Part shown: positions 26,412 to 34,097 of the stretch, piece by piece
Numbering within the stretch: position 1 is the stretch's first letter
Layout: each line of letters starts with the position of its first letter
IMG/VR virus record: IMGVR_UViG_3300044267_001409
Coordinates: 1-34,097 of that record
Direction: 5' to 3' (one strand)
Origin: a virus
Taxonomy: Duplodnaviria > Caudoviricetes
Length of the DNA stretch: 34,097 bases
The notes under the pieces: model-generated
What the model was told of the DNA's origin: nothing
What the model saw: only the letters and a program-made list of their open reading frames with translations
Database searches by the model: none
Made by a program: the position numbers and the translations under genes

Positions 26412-29400
26412 GCTCTTCTCCTCATCGCAGGATTACCTGCAAAACTGTCAATATTTAAATTACTGCCATTCATTTCTGCTTCCTCTACTCTTAACGATGT
26501 AACTATCATATTAGCACGTGCTGCTGGACTAAAACCAGCATCGGCACTTTGTTCTAGTATATGATTGGTTGCGCTATTATTTAAAAGTTGTCCTCCCCCA
26601 TTAGGTTGGAAAAGCTCAGGACCACGTTCACCTACTAAATATCCTCCAGTTGCCATTGGTTTCATATACCCTCCAGTTGCCATTCCAGCCTCTGGACCAG
26701 CTATACCGGGGAATGCTCCAAATCCACCAATTTCAGCATCACCGAACATTAACCTCCAAATAAATTTAGGAGCACCAACTACCATTCTTATTAATGTACC
26801 CATAGCCTCAGCTACACTCCAGATAGCTTCTCCTACTTCAATAGCAGCAGCTCCAATATATTTCATTTGTTCACCCCACCAATATAAAGTTCCCCCGGGT
26901 TCGGTTAATCTTGTCATTATATCAGAGAAATAACCAACTTTCTTTAAGTATGCAGCAAAAGCTATAACACCTAAAATTAGTAAACCTATTCCTGCATAAA
27001 ATGCTATATTATATGCTATTTGTGCTGTTGTCATCATTGATAAACTTATAGAAGCCATTACATATGATGTAGCCAAGGACATCATCATACCTGAAAGCAT
27101 TCCAGTTACTGAGAAATTTTTAATTTTAGCTATAGTATCAGTATACCATGCAGGTATAGTAGTCCAAATTAAAGTACTCAAAGCACCTTGAACACCTAAT
27201 AATGCTGTTTGACTGGTAGTTAATGCTAAAGTAGCCCCTGTATCCTCTGCCTTAGCTACAGCTACTTGCAGAGTAGCAAAACTTAAAGCTAATTGTAATG
27301 TAGTTATAATAGGTAATATTTTATTCATTATGTAGAAAGTCATTAACATTTTAGTAAATGCAGGACCCATGATTTCTAATAAGTCCACAACTAAACGAAG
27401 TGGTAAGGTATATAATCTTATCATATCGACATTAATAAATCCTTGTTTACTAAATTCTTTAATAACTGGTACAATATCTTGTAATACCTCTTGTAATGCT
27501 ATCATACCTGAAACAGCAATGTCTTGTAGAGCTAATCCAAAGTCAGTTAAAACCATGGTTCCATTCTCTTCAACAACAATAAGTCCTTGTAAACTTTCTA
27601 TCATTTGGCTTACTGTCATATGGAACTGATTGAGATATCCTTGAGCCACATAAGTTTCATCTCGGAACTGGAATATACCTTGTACGTTGTTTTTCAATAT
27701 TTGTAATTGTGCAGTTAAAGATTCATTCTGAATTTTAACCATAGTGTCTAACTCTCCACTAGCAGTTCTACTACCTTCGACAGCAGCACTGAATTCATCT
27801 GATGCTTGAACTAAGTGGACAAACGCGGTAGCACCACGCACATTCAAGTCCTGAATCAGTGTTGTTAATAATTCTGTATTACTTACTGTATCTTCGCCTA
27901 CTACCGCAGCGAACTCTTTAGCAATATCAGTCAATTGTTTCATATTACCTTCGGAATCTAAAATATTTATTCCCATCTTTCTAAATGCTCTGTCGTTATC
28001 CTCAGCACCTTCAGCAAATTCTGCTAAAGCTTGCCTTAAACCTCTACCAGCGATACCAGCCTCCAAAGCTCTATTAGTCAAGACCTGTAGAGACCCTAAT
28101 AGTTGGTCTATACTTTGCCCTGTGCTAGTAAAGAAAGGTAAAGCGAACTTAACAGCGCTTGATAAATCTTCATACTCTATTAAAGACTTCTGTATAGCAT
28201 GCGCAAACTTATCTGTTACGACCGCAGATTCGCTCATCTCCATATCGAAACCTTTTAAGGTCTGTGTGGTTAGTTTTGCTATAGTGTTGTGGTCTCCCTG
28301 TACAGCCATAGATAGTTTTAAAGTATTGTTTAAAACCTCAGTAGATTCTGCTGCTGTTAAACCAGCCGAAGCTAATTGATAGAGACCAGTTGCGCCGTTC
28401 TGCATACTCATTCCATAACGCTGTCCGAACTGAGTAACTTGCTCACCAGCTGCGAACATAACTTCATTTGTCTCATTCCATACCGAGTTAGCATTGAGTA
28501 ACTCTCTTTCAAACTCCATAAGTGCTTCAGTATTTTGATTTATTTTGTAATAAAATGCACTTAAAGTGGCTATGCTTTCAACTAAAATTTCTTTGAAGTT
28601 ACCTACTGCTTGGTTAACTGTGTCTGTGACTACTGTTCCGAACTGAGCAGAATCTTGCGTAAGTTCTTTAGTTGCTTCATCTAACTCTTCTTGTGCCTCC
28701 TCTAGTTCTTTGGTCGCTTCTGTTAATTCTTCGGTAGTTTTTGTATTTTCTTCTTTAATTTCACCTATTGCTACTTGAGCCTGAACTGAGATACCTCGTA
28801 TAACCTCAGCTTCTTCTGTAACAGTTGCTAATTCTTCTTTGACTGCTCTAGTATTCTTTTCTGAATTTTTAATTTTTTTATCCTGTTTTTTAAGCCACGC
28901 ATCTGTAGCTTCCCCAGACTCTATCATTTTAGTTTTTTGGTCTTGCAGGGTTTTAGTTTCGAGTCGAGTTGTTTTAAGTTGTTCTTCTTTAGCTTTTACT
29001 ATTTCTTTAGTCTGTTTTAAAGCAGCGGCTTGTTGGGTCTTGGTCATTGTAGCAAAATTAGCTGTCATTTTCTTTAATTTTGCTAAAGGAGTCATTGATT
29101 TCTGTACACCTTTAAATAGAGCATCACCTTCTTTACCCATTCCTGCCTTAATCATGGACATAGATTCCTTACCACCAGCTCTCATGGTGGCAGCTCCTCG
29201 TTTACCTATCTGCTCTAATCTAACTACACCTTCTTGTGCACTTTTAGCTATACGGTCTGTGGTCTTTTTACTGTTTTCTTCAGCTGTTGCAGATAATCTT
29301 TCTACTTCTTGCTGAGCACCTTTAAGTCTTTCTGCTGCTGCTGCCTTCCTTTTGCCAGCTAAGGCAGAATATATTCCTCCTGCCGCTTTTGCTAATACTC

Positions 29401-29485
29401 CACCTGTACGGTTGAGCGCACCTGCACTTGGTACGGCTAATCCGACAGCAATTCTTGCTGCGAAAACTTGACCTGCAAAACCCAT
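26408..29485 (-). CDS. Tail tape measure protein
   Basis: Coiled-coil N-terminus, TP901-type core (LYQLASAG, GIAGRGLRQAL, GINILDSEGNMK), hydrophobic segment, VGERGPELF.P. Confidence 0.92.
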   Translation of the reverse strand: MGFAGQVFAARIAVGLAVPSAGALNRTGGVLAKAAGGIYSALAGKRKAAAAERLKGAQQEVERLSATAEENSKKTTDRIAKSAQEGVVRLEQIGKRGAATMRAGGKESMSMIKAGMGKEGDALFKGVQKSMTPLAKLKKMTANFATMTKTQQAAALKQTKEIVKAKEEQLKTTRLETKTLQDQKTKMIESGEATDAWLKKQDKKIKNSEKNTRAVKEELATVTEEAEVIRGISVQAQVAIGEIKEENTKTTEELTEATKELEEAQEELDEATKELTQDSAQFGTVVTDTVNQAVGNFKEILVESIATLSAFYYKINQNTEALMEFERELLNANSVWNETNEVMFAAGEQVTQFGQRYGMSMQNGATGLYQLASAGLTAAESTEVLNNTLKLSMAVQGDHNTIAKLTTQTLKGFDMEMSESAVVTDKFAHAIQKSLIEYEDLSSAVKFALPFFTSTGQSIDQLLGSLQVLTNRALEAGIAGRGLRQALAEFAEGAEDNDRAFRKMGINILDSEGNMKQLTDIAKEFAAVVGEDTVSNTELLTTLIQDLNVRGATAFVHLVQASDEFSAAVEGSRTASGELDTMVKIQNESLTAQLQILKNNVQGIFQFRDETYVAQGYLNQFHMTVSQMIESLQGLIVVEENGTMVLTDFGLALQDIAVSGMIALQEVLQDIVPVIKEFSKQGFINVDMIRLYTLPLRLVVDLLEIMGPAFTKMLMTFYIMNKILPIITTLQLALSFATLQVAVAKAEDTGATLALTTSQTALLGVQGALSTLIWTTIPAWYTDTIAKIKNFSVTGMLSGMMMSLATSYVMASISLSMMTTAQIAYNIAFYAGIGLLILGVIAFAAYLKKVGYFSDIMTRLTEPGGTLYWWGEQMKYIGAAAIEVGEAIWSVAEAMGTLIRMVVGAPKFIWRLMFGDAEIGGFGAFPGIAGPEAGMATGGYMKPMATGGYLVGERGPELFQPNGGGQLLNNSATNHILEQSADAGFSPAARANMIVTSLRVEEAEMNGSNLNIDSFAGNPAMRRRA

Positions 29486-29775
29486 TATAAGTCACCAAAA
29501 CTTGCTTTCCTTCGTTTACCTACCATTCCTTCATATTTAGCTCTAGTTTCTAAATATCTATGATAATTTTGTCTAATTTCTGGCTTATCTTTAGCCATAT
29601 TTTGAACATCTTTATCAGTATATCCATCCATTGAATGAAAGTTTTCATGCTGCACATAAGCAGACAATAAACATTCTAATTCACTGCGTGGTGTGTTTTT
29701 AATTTCATTCCAACTCATTCCCAGTCCCTTCATTAAAGGGACATATAAAAATACCGCATCAGGCGATTCTACCAT
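29485..29775 (-). CDS. Tail assembly chaperone, gpT-like part of a G/GT pair
   Basis: LGMSW.EI..TP..EL motif; lies in the -1 frame of the upstream gene, directly before the tape measure. Confidence 0.7.
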   Translation of the reverse strand: MVESPDAVFLYVPLMKGLGMSWNEIKNTPRSELECLLSAYVQHENFHSMDGYTDKDVQNMAKDKPEIRQNYHRYLETRAKYEGMVGKRRKASFGDL

Positions 29776-30134
29776 CAGATGGTAAAATTTTCTTTCACTT
29801 CCTGTTCTACGCCTAAAATTTTATTGGTTATTTGATATCTAAGTGTTGTAGGGAGAAGAGTCCACTGTTTCTCAGATATAATTGGACCATCGGGATTTTT
29901 TTCTGTTGCTTTATCAATCATTCGAAATACTCTTTCAGCTCCTAATTCTTGATAGTATCCCATTTTCTCTTCTTCTGACATATTGTCTGAAGCTTTAAGT
30001 TTGGGTTCTTCTTTCTCTATGAGTTCACAAAACTGAAACTCTACTAGTTTATCTCTAAAAATAACTTCAGAGATTTGCACTTCATCAGTGAGTGCGACTA
30101 ATTCTTCCATTGACCATGTTTCTTTTTCTGTCAT
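29775..30134 (-). CDS. Tail assembly chaperone, gpG-like
   Basis: Acidic 119 aa between tube and tape measure genes; GAGGAG SD. Confidence 0.72.
   Translation of the reverse strand: MTEKETWSMEELVALTDEVQISEVIFRDKLVEFQFCELIEKEEPKLKASDNMSEEEKMGYYQELGAERVFRMIDKATEKNPDGPIISEKQWTLLPTTLRYQITNKILGVEQEVKENFTI
29784..29790 (-). promoter_or_regulatory. Predicted -1 ribosomal frameshift slippery site A AAU UUU
   Basis: In-frame X XXY YYZ two codons before the gpG stop; the -1 frame is open into gpT. Confidence 0.7.
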
Positions 30135-30142
30135 TTTTTATT

Positions 30143-30178
30143 CTCCTCTAGGAGGAGGGGGTTATACCCCCTTACCTA
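30143..30178 (-). promoter_or_regulatory. Overlapping stem-loops between the tube and chaperone genes
   Basis: AGGGGGT-ATA-ACCCCCT (G-U tolerant on the mRNA strand) and CTCCTC-CTA-GAGGAG, the latter containing the SD. Confidence 0.55.
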
Positions 30179-30179
30179 T

Positions 30180-30761
30180 CTAGAATGGATTTGTTGTACC
30201 TGTTATACAGGTAGTTCTGATATAAGGAGTTACATAAGACATAAATTCAATAGTCTCTTCTGTTACTCCATCAGCGTTAGTTGATACAGTGTGACTTTGT
30301 ACACAGCAGTTTGGTATTGATAATACTTCTGAACCACTTTTTAATTGTATAAAAACTCTGTATCCGTGTGTTGCGGAAGGTTCTTCTAATCCGGGCCATG
30401 CTTGTGATGCACCGGAAACCCCGTAACGAGCGTCATTAAAAACAGTATCCCACTCTGAACTATTCTTTTTCTTTGTAACAGTTACTGTGGTTTCTTTTTT
30501 AATTTCTGCTTTGGTGACTGAACGTATACCAAAATATGAGATATCTTCATCCATCGCACCTATTCCTACATCTACTCCAGTAACATCTGGAATTTCTGGC
30601 CAATTACCAGAAACAGCACCTTCTGAACCAGAGCCTAAAGCTCTTGCAGTTCCTGAAGCTGATGTACTGATGGTAGAACTGTCATTATCTGAAGTTATAC
30701 CGATTGTAGAATTTTCTGTTGCCAGTGCAACAATAACATCTCTTCCCAAATAATAGACCAT
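30180..30761 (-). CDS. Tail tube protein, paralog 2
   Basis: Position; shares MVY.LGRDV.VA..TE, D.TGVD..IGAMDEDI.Y.G.R, GYRV, SIPNC, VS.NADGV.EETIE with 30761-31468. Confidence 0.7.
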   Translation of the reverse strand: MVYYLGRDVIVALATENSTIGITSDNDSSTISTSASGTARALGSGSEGAVSGNWPEIPDVTGVDVGIGAMDEDISYFGIRSVTKAEIKKETTVTVTKKKNSSEWDTVFNDARYGVSGASQAWPGLEEPSATHGYRVFIQLKSGSEVLSIPNCCVQSHTVSTNADGVTEETIEFMSYVTPYIRTTCITGTTNPF

Positions 30762-31468
30762 TAGTAGTCCGCCTGTGGGGTAAGTGTGTTGTTAATGTTA
30801 TTACCGACACTATATAATGGTGTTTGTTGTGTTGAAAGCTCTATTGTTTCTTCACTTACACCATCTGCATTAAGGGATACTGTGTATCCTGTGATTGCGC
30901 AATTAGGTATAGATATTGTTTCGGTTGTTCCATCTGTTGAACCGGTCAACATCTTTACATGCACTCTATAACCATAACAAACGTTGGTTGAACCACTGTC
31001 GATAACATCTTTTGGATTTACTAATCCATCACCAATATATGGTGAGTCATCTGTAGTCCTGTCAAGTCCAAATCTTGCACCAATAGGTTGATTTGAACTA
31101 AAGTTTTCCAATGAGGCTGCTTGTGTAGGCCCATTGAAAATAACATCCCATACGTTGTTCTTCTTTTTATGTGTTAAAGTTATGCTAACTTCTTTTTTCT
31201 GTTCGACCTTACCTGTACCTCTTTGACCCATGTAGGTAATGTCTTCATCCATAGCACCAATGCTAATGTCTACGCCAGTCAAATCTTCTACTAAACCATT
31301 CCCAGCTGTGTATGAACTAAAAGTACTTGCGTTCATGTCTGCTGCAAATCTGATACCAGAGGCTGCCCCTGATATACATAGCCCACTAGCTACACTTACA
31401 TCATCTGCTGCCACTGTTGATTCGGTAGTAATTGCGACTGCTACGTCTCTTCCTAGGAAATATACCAT
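30761..31468 (-). CDS. Tail tube protein, paralog 1
   Basis: As for paralog 2; first gene after its own promoter; AAGGAG SD. Confidence 0.7.
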   Translation of the reverse strand: MVYFLGRDVAVAITTESTVAADDVSVASGLCISGAASGIRFAADMNASTFSSYTAGNGLVEDLTGVDISIGAMDEDITYMGQRGTGKVEQKKEVSITLTHKKKNNVWDVIFNGPTQAASLENFSSNQPIGARFGLDRTTDDSPYIGDGLVNPKDVIDSGSTNVCYGYRVHVKMLTGSTDGTTETISIPNCAITGYTVSLNADGVSEETIELSTQQTPLYSVGNNINNTLTPQADY

Positions 31469-31542
31469 TTTTTCTTCTCCTTATTTGTTGTCTAGACAAA
31501 TTCATGACATTACACTGTTACTCTTTATTTACTTTTACTTAG

Positions 31543-31557
31543 TATATAAAGCTTTTG
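31543..31557 (-). promoter_or_regulatory. Archaeal-type BRE-TATA promoter for the tail tube operon (CAAAAGCTTTATATA)
   Basis: Near-identical to the motif at 1174. Confidence 0.75.
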
Positions 31558-31558
31558 C

Positions 31559-33355
31559 TTATTTAAAATACTTCGCTGTTCCAGCATAGGGGTCTCCAGC
31601 TGATTTAGACGGTTTCTTACCTGCAAAAGATTGTCTCTCTTTGTAAAGTAGTACTCTACTCCTTTTCACTACATCTCCTTTTTTAACTCCTCTAACTGGG
31701 TCATCTACCACCATACCACCTTTTACCTTCTGTAACATCTTAGTAGAGAACCTTGCTACACTTCTTCCTGCTTGTGAGAATATAGCAGGAGCCATACTAA
31801 CATTAATACCCTCTGTAGGGTCTTTTACTGGAGTCCATGTATTGTTGGTATTTTCACTCCAAACTCCTTGATTTTCAGTAATCCCAGCTCTATAATCAAA
31901 ATCTACTTGATTTTTAGTAACATTATCTTTCCACAACCCTGTTGCTTTGTTTGACTCTGCAAATATTTTTTTCCACTCTTCAGAAAAAGCACTTGCAGCA
32001 TTTTGACTATCACCTTTAAAAGCTCTAAACTGAGCTGCTAACATCTCTGCCATTTCACTAGATGTAAAACGTGTAGCACCCACTGGTTTACCTTGCTCAT
32101 CTCCATATTTAGGCTTCCACATATCAACATGAGCTGTTGGGTCTAGAATATTATCTACAATAGCAGCGTATGCCCAATCTACCAAATCTTCTTTTGTCTT
32201 AGAAAGTGTAACATCGTTAGCAGCAGCGACAAGTATACCTTGAATTGTGGTTTCATCAAAAATTGATTCTGTTAACGCTAATTCTCGCTCGACACCCATT
32301 CCCAACATAATAAATAATTGGTCAGCCTGTCCTCCCATTGCGTACTCTTTTTCGAATACTGTTAATTGTGGTACGTCACCATCCCACACCGCTCCCAATG
32401 TTATAGAAGCTATATACCCAGTATCACCAAGAGGTAAAACATAAAGATATTTATCTAAGTCTGGATTTAAAGCCTGTTGTAATTCTAATCTATACATACG
32501 GTCAGCAAATTGTTTACCTAAACCTTTATACATTGAACCTATACCTCCATGTACCGCCGTTAGAATCTCTAATTTACTCTGTCCCTCTGGTAAATCTTTG
32601 GCTATTTCTTTAATCTTTTTATTTATTTTACCATATACTCTTTCTATATTTTTATCCATTTGTGCAATTGCTGCTTCAGGGGACATTCCCTTTTCGAGAC
32701 CACCAGATATTTCTTTTTTGAACTTAGAATCAGTAACTTCAGCTGCGGCTATACTATCCATATGTTGTAAATCGAAAAGTTTTTTTATTGCTGAGAAAAA
32801 TGGTTCTGAGTCAGCATCTCTTACTAAATCAATACCTTCACGACTTAAACCTTTTGAACTACTATTTAAGATTTCTTGGTTTATATCTTTAGGAATATTT
32901 CCTATTTCTTCATTACCTCTAAGCATAACATCACGTAAAGCTTTCATAGAATACTCTCCTACTAATTCACCAAAAACAGTTCCATCCATTTCCCTTTGAT
33001 AACTTCTCGCTCTTTCAGGCATAGAATCTAATAATTTACTTAACTTAGCAGCCATTGGATTTAATAAATGGTCTAAATTAGGAGCTTCATCACCCATATC
33101 TTCAGGTGTCATGTCGTTACGTGATAAATAACTTTCTACAACATTATTCCAAGTAGCGTCATAACCCATTTCTGTAGGGACAATATTAAAAAAACCCTCT
33201 GATATTTTACCACCAGAATGTTGTTGAAGTTCCATAGTATATCTTTGAGAAAATGGCACATAAGGAGCTAAAGCTAAAGTAATAGTTTTAGTTACTTCTT
33301 GTATATAATTAGGAGCTAAACGTGGGTCTACTGATTCTACACCGTATTCTGCCAT
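31559..33355 (-). CDS. Uncharacterised 598-aa protein in the morphogenesis operon
   Basis: Long ORF with TAATG coupling; no motif I recognise. Confidence 0.85.
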   Translation of the reverse strand: MAEYGVESVDPRLAPNYIQEVTKTITLALAPYVPFSQRYTMELQQHSGGKISEGFFNIVPTEMGYDATWNNVVESYLSRNDMTPEDMGDEAPNLDHLLNPMAAKLSKLLDSMPERARSYQREMDGTVFGELVGEYSMKALRDVMLRGNEEIGNIPKDINQEILNSSSKGLSREGIDLVRDADSEPFFSAIKKLFDLQHMDSIAAAEVTDSKFKKEISGGLEKGMSPEAAIAQMDKNIERVYGKINKKIKEIAKDLPEGQSKLEILTAVHGGIGSMYKGLGKQFADRMYRLELQQALNPDLDKYLYVLPLGDTGYIASITLGAVWDGDVPQLTVFEKEYAMGGQADQLFIMLGMGVERELALTESIFDETTIQGILVAAANDVTLSKTKEDLVDWAYAAIVDNILDPTAHVDMWKPKYGDEQGKPVGATRFTSSEMAEMLAAQFRAFKGDSQNAASAFSEEWKKIFAESNKATGLWKDNVTKNQVDFDYRAGITENQGVWSENTNNTWTPVKDPTEGINVSMAPAIFSQAGRSVARFSTKMLQKVKGGMVVDDPVRGVKKGDVVKRSRVLLYKERQSFAGKKPSKSAGDPYAGTAKYFK

Positions 33356-33876
33356 TATCTATTGTTCTTGAAAACGACAATCATATTAGCTTCAGCGGCC
33401 CATATTTCTAAATCGGGATTATAACCTATATTTCTGAAACCAGCAAAATGACGCTCTACAACCTCCGTATTAGTTGATGAGTAATCACAGTCCATAAGGA
33501 TATTAGCGCAATTAACCATGATATAATTAAGCAACCTTCTTTCTTTATATGGAGCACCACTAACCGTAATACTGCAAGCTCTATCTACCGCTATTTGGAT
33601 ATTAAAAGCTACTCCATAGAGCTCCCCTACTCCCTCAGTATCGCTTGCTCCAAATGTTAATTTTTGACCAAAGAACTGTTGTTCAATTCCGTTAGCATCC
33701 ATTTGACAAATGATTGCTGGATATTTAACTTCATCAGTAGTTGGGAATTGACCAAATACTGTAACATTCGAAGAAGACCATGCTGTGTCAGTGCCTGATA
33801 CTGTTTTAAAAGTACCTGTGCGTAAATTATCAATCAATGTACGCTCAAGTACGTTGAGGTGGTCTACTCCTACCAT
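33355..33876 (-). CDS. Putative tail terminator/completion protein
   Basis: 173 aa; VFGQFP....YPAI, FNIQI pattern and position. Confidence 0.6.
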   Translation of the reverse strand: MVGVDHLNVLERTLIDNLRTGTFKTVSGTDTAWSSSNVTVFGQFPTTDEVKYPAIICQMDANGIEQQFFGQKLTFGASDTEGVGELYGVAFNIQIAVDRACSITVSGAPYKERRLLNYIMVNCANILMDCDYSSTNTEVVERHFAGFRNIGYNPDLEIWAAEANMIVVFKNNR

Positions 33877-34097
33877 TAGTCGTAAGCCCTCCTACGCGAA
33901 TCATAGCGTCCTGTAGTACGGACACAGTTAAAAATCATATAGCCGTCAGTCATATCTTTAAGAGAATGGACAGACCATGCTATTGATTTATAATATTCAA
34001 CTTCTTTGATTTGTATAGTGTCATTTGTGTCTCCTGAAAAATCAAAAACTATCTTATTCATAGTCCCTTCATAATCAAAGCTAGAACCAGTTGAGAC
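33876..34097 (-). CDS. Putative head-closure/neck protein, 5' truncated by the window
   Basis: Frame is open to the window end; W.V.S.......F.C.R C-terminus; position. Confidence 0.45.
   Translation of the reverse strand, partial: VSTGSSFDYEGTMNKIVFDFSGDTNDTIQIKEVEYYKSIAWSVHSLKDMTDGYMIFNCVRTTGRYDSRRRAYD

Larger units (their letters stand above)
1..34097. mobile_element. Fragment of a tailed archaeal virus genome (magrovirus-like): replication/accessory arm on +, tail morphogenesis arm on -
   Basis: Tape measure, tube and hub genes co-occur with PolB, AEP primase, RNR and resolvase. Archaeal TATA/BRE motifs and aIF-1A are present. No cellular operons. Host group is inferred. Confidence 0.88.

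Noticed and set aside
26650-26690. Short direct repeat CCTCCAGTTGCCAT (MATGGY twice) in the tape measure gene
   Set aside because: Ordinary peptide duplication near a TMP C-terminus; not CRISPR or att-like
19076-32999. Plus-strand ORFs in the tail arm (e.g. 23143-23526, 28839-29315, 32598-32999)
   Set aside because: Antisense shadows of long structural genes
1-34097. tRNA genes, CRISPR arrays, integrase/att sites, stop-codon recoding
   Set aside because: Intergenic gaps are short and explained by sORFs or promoters; no cloverleaf or repeat-spacer pattern seen; all three stop codons terminate genes normally

Overview
A gene-dense, AT-rich 34-kb fragment of a tailed dsDNA archaeal virus (Caudoviricetes). 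It is most consistent with a magrovirus (Marine Group II/Poseidoniales virus). That host assignment is my inference from the archaeal BRE-TATA promoters, GGTGA/GGAGG ribosome-binding sites, an aIF-1A, a PriS-PriL-type fused primase and a family B polymerase. The + strand (1-17430) carries accessory and replication genes: a DenV-like glycosylase, RecU-like resolvase, a small phytoene/squalene synthase, a stand-alone WYL-like protein, Hsp20, a putative SSB, an AAA+ helicase, aIF-1A, MazG, PolB, an Sm-like protein, a GT4 glycosyltransferase, a degenerate HAD protein, the primase and a class II RNR. The - strand (17427-34097) is the tail module: head closure, tail terminator, two paralogous tube genes, a G/GT chaperone pair with a -1 slippery site, tape measure, two giant tip proteins and a hub. 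Several features fall outside the ORF track: about a dozen translationally coupled microproteins (four CxxC..CxxC zinc fingers and a Cys-rich triplet beside the RNR), apparent complete avoidance of GATC and CCWGG, local CTGAG enrichment, promoter-proximal hairpins at identical spacing, and an iteron-like repeat cluster inside the primase. I saw no tRNA, rRNA or CRISPR array. All family calls come from motif recognition by eye, not from database searches.
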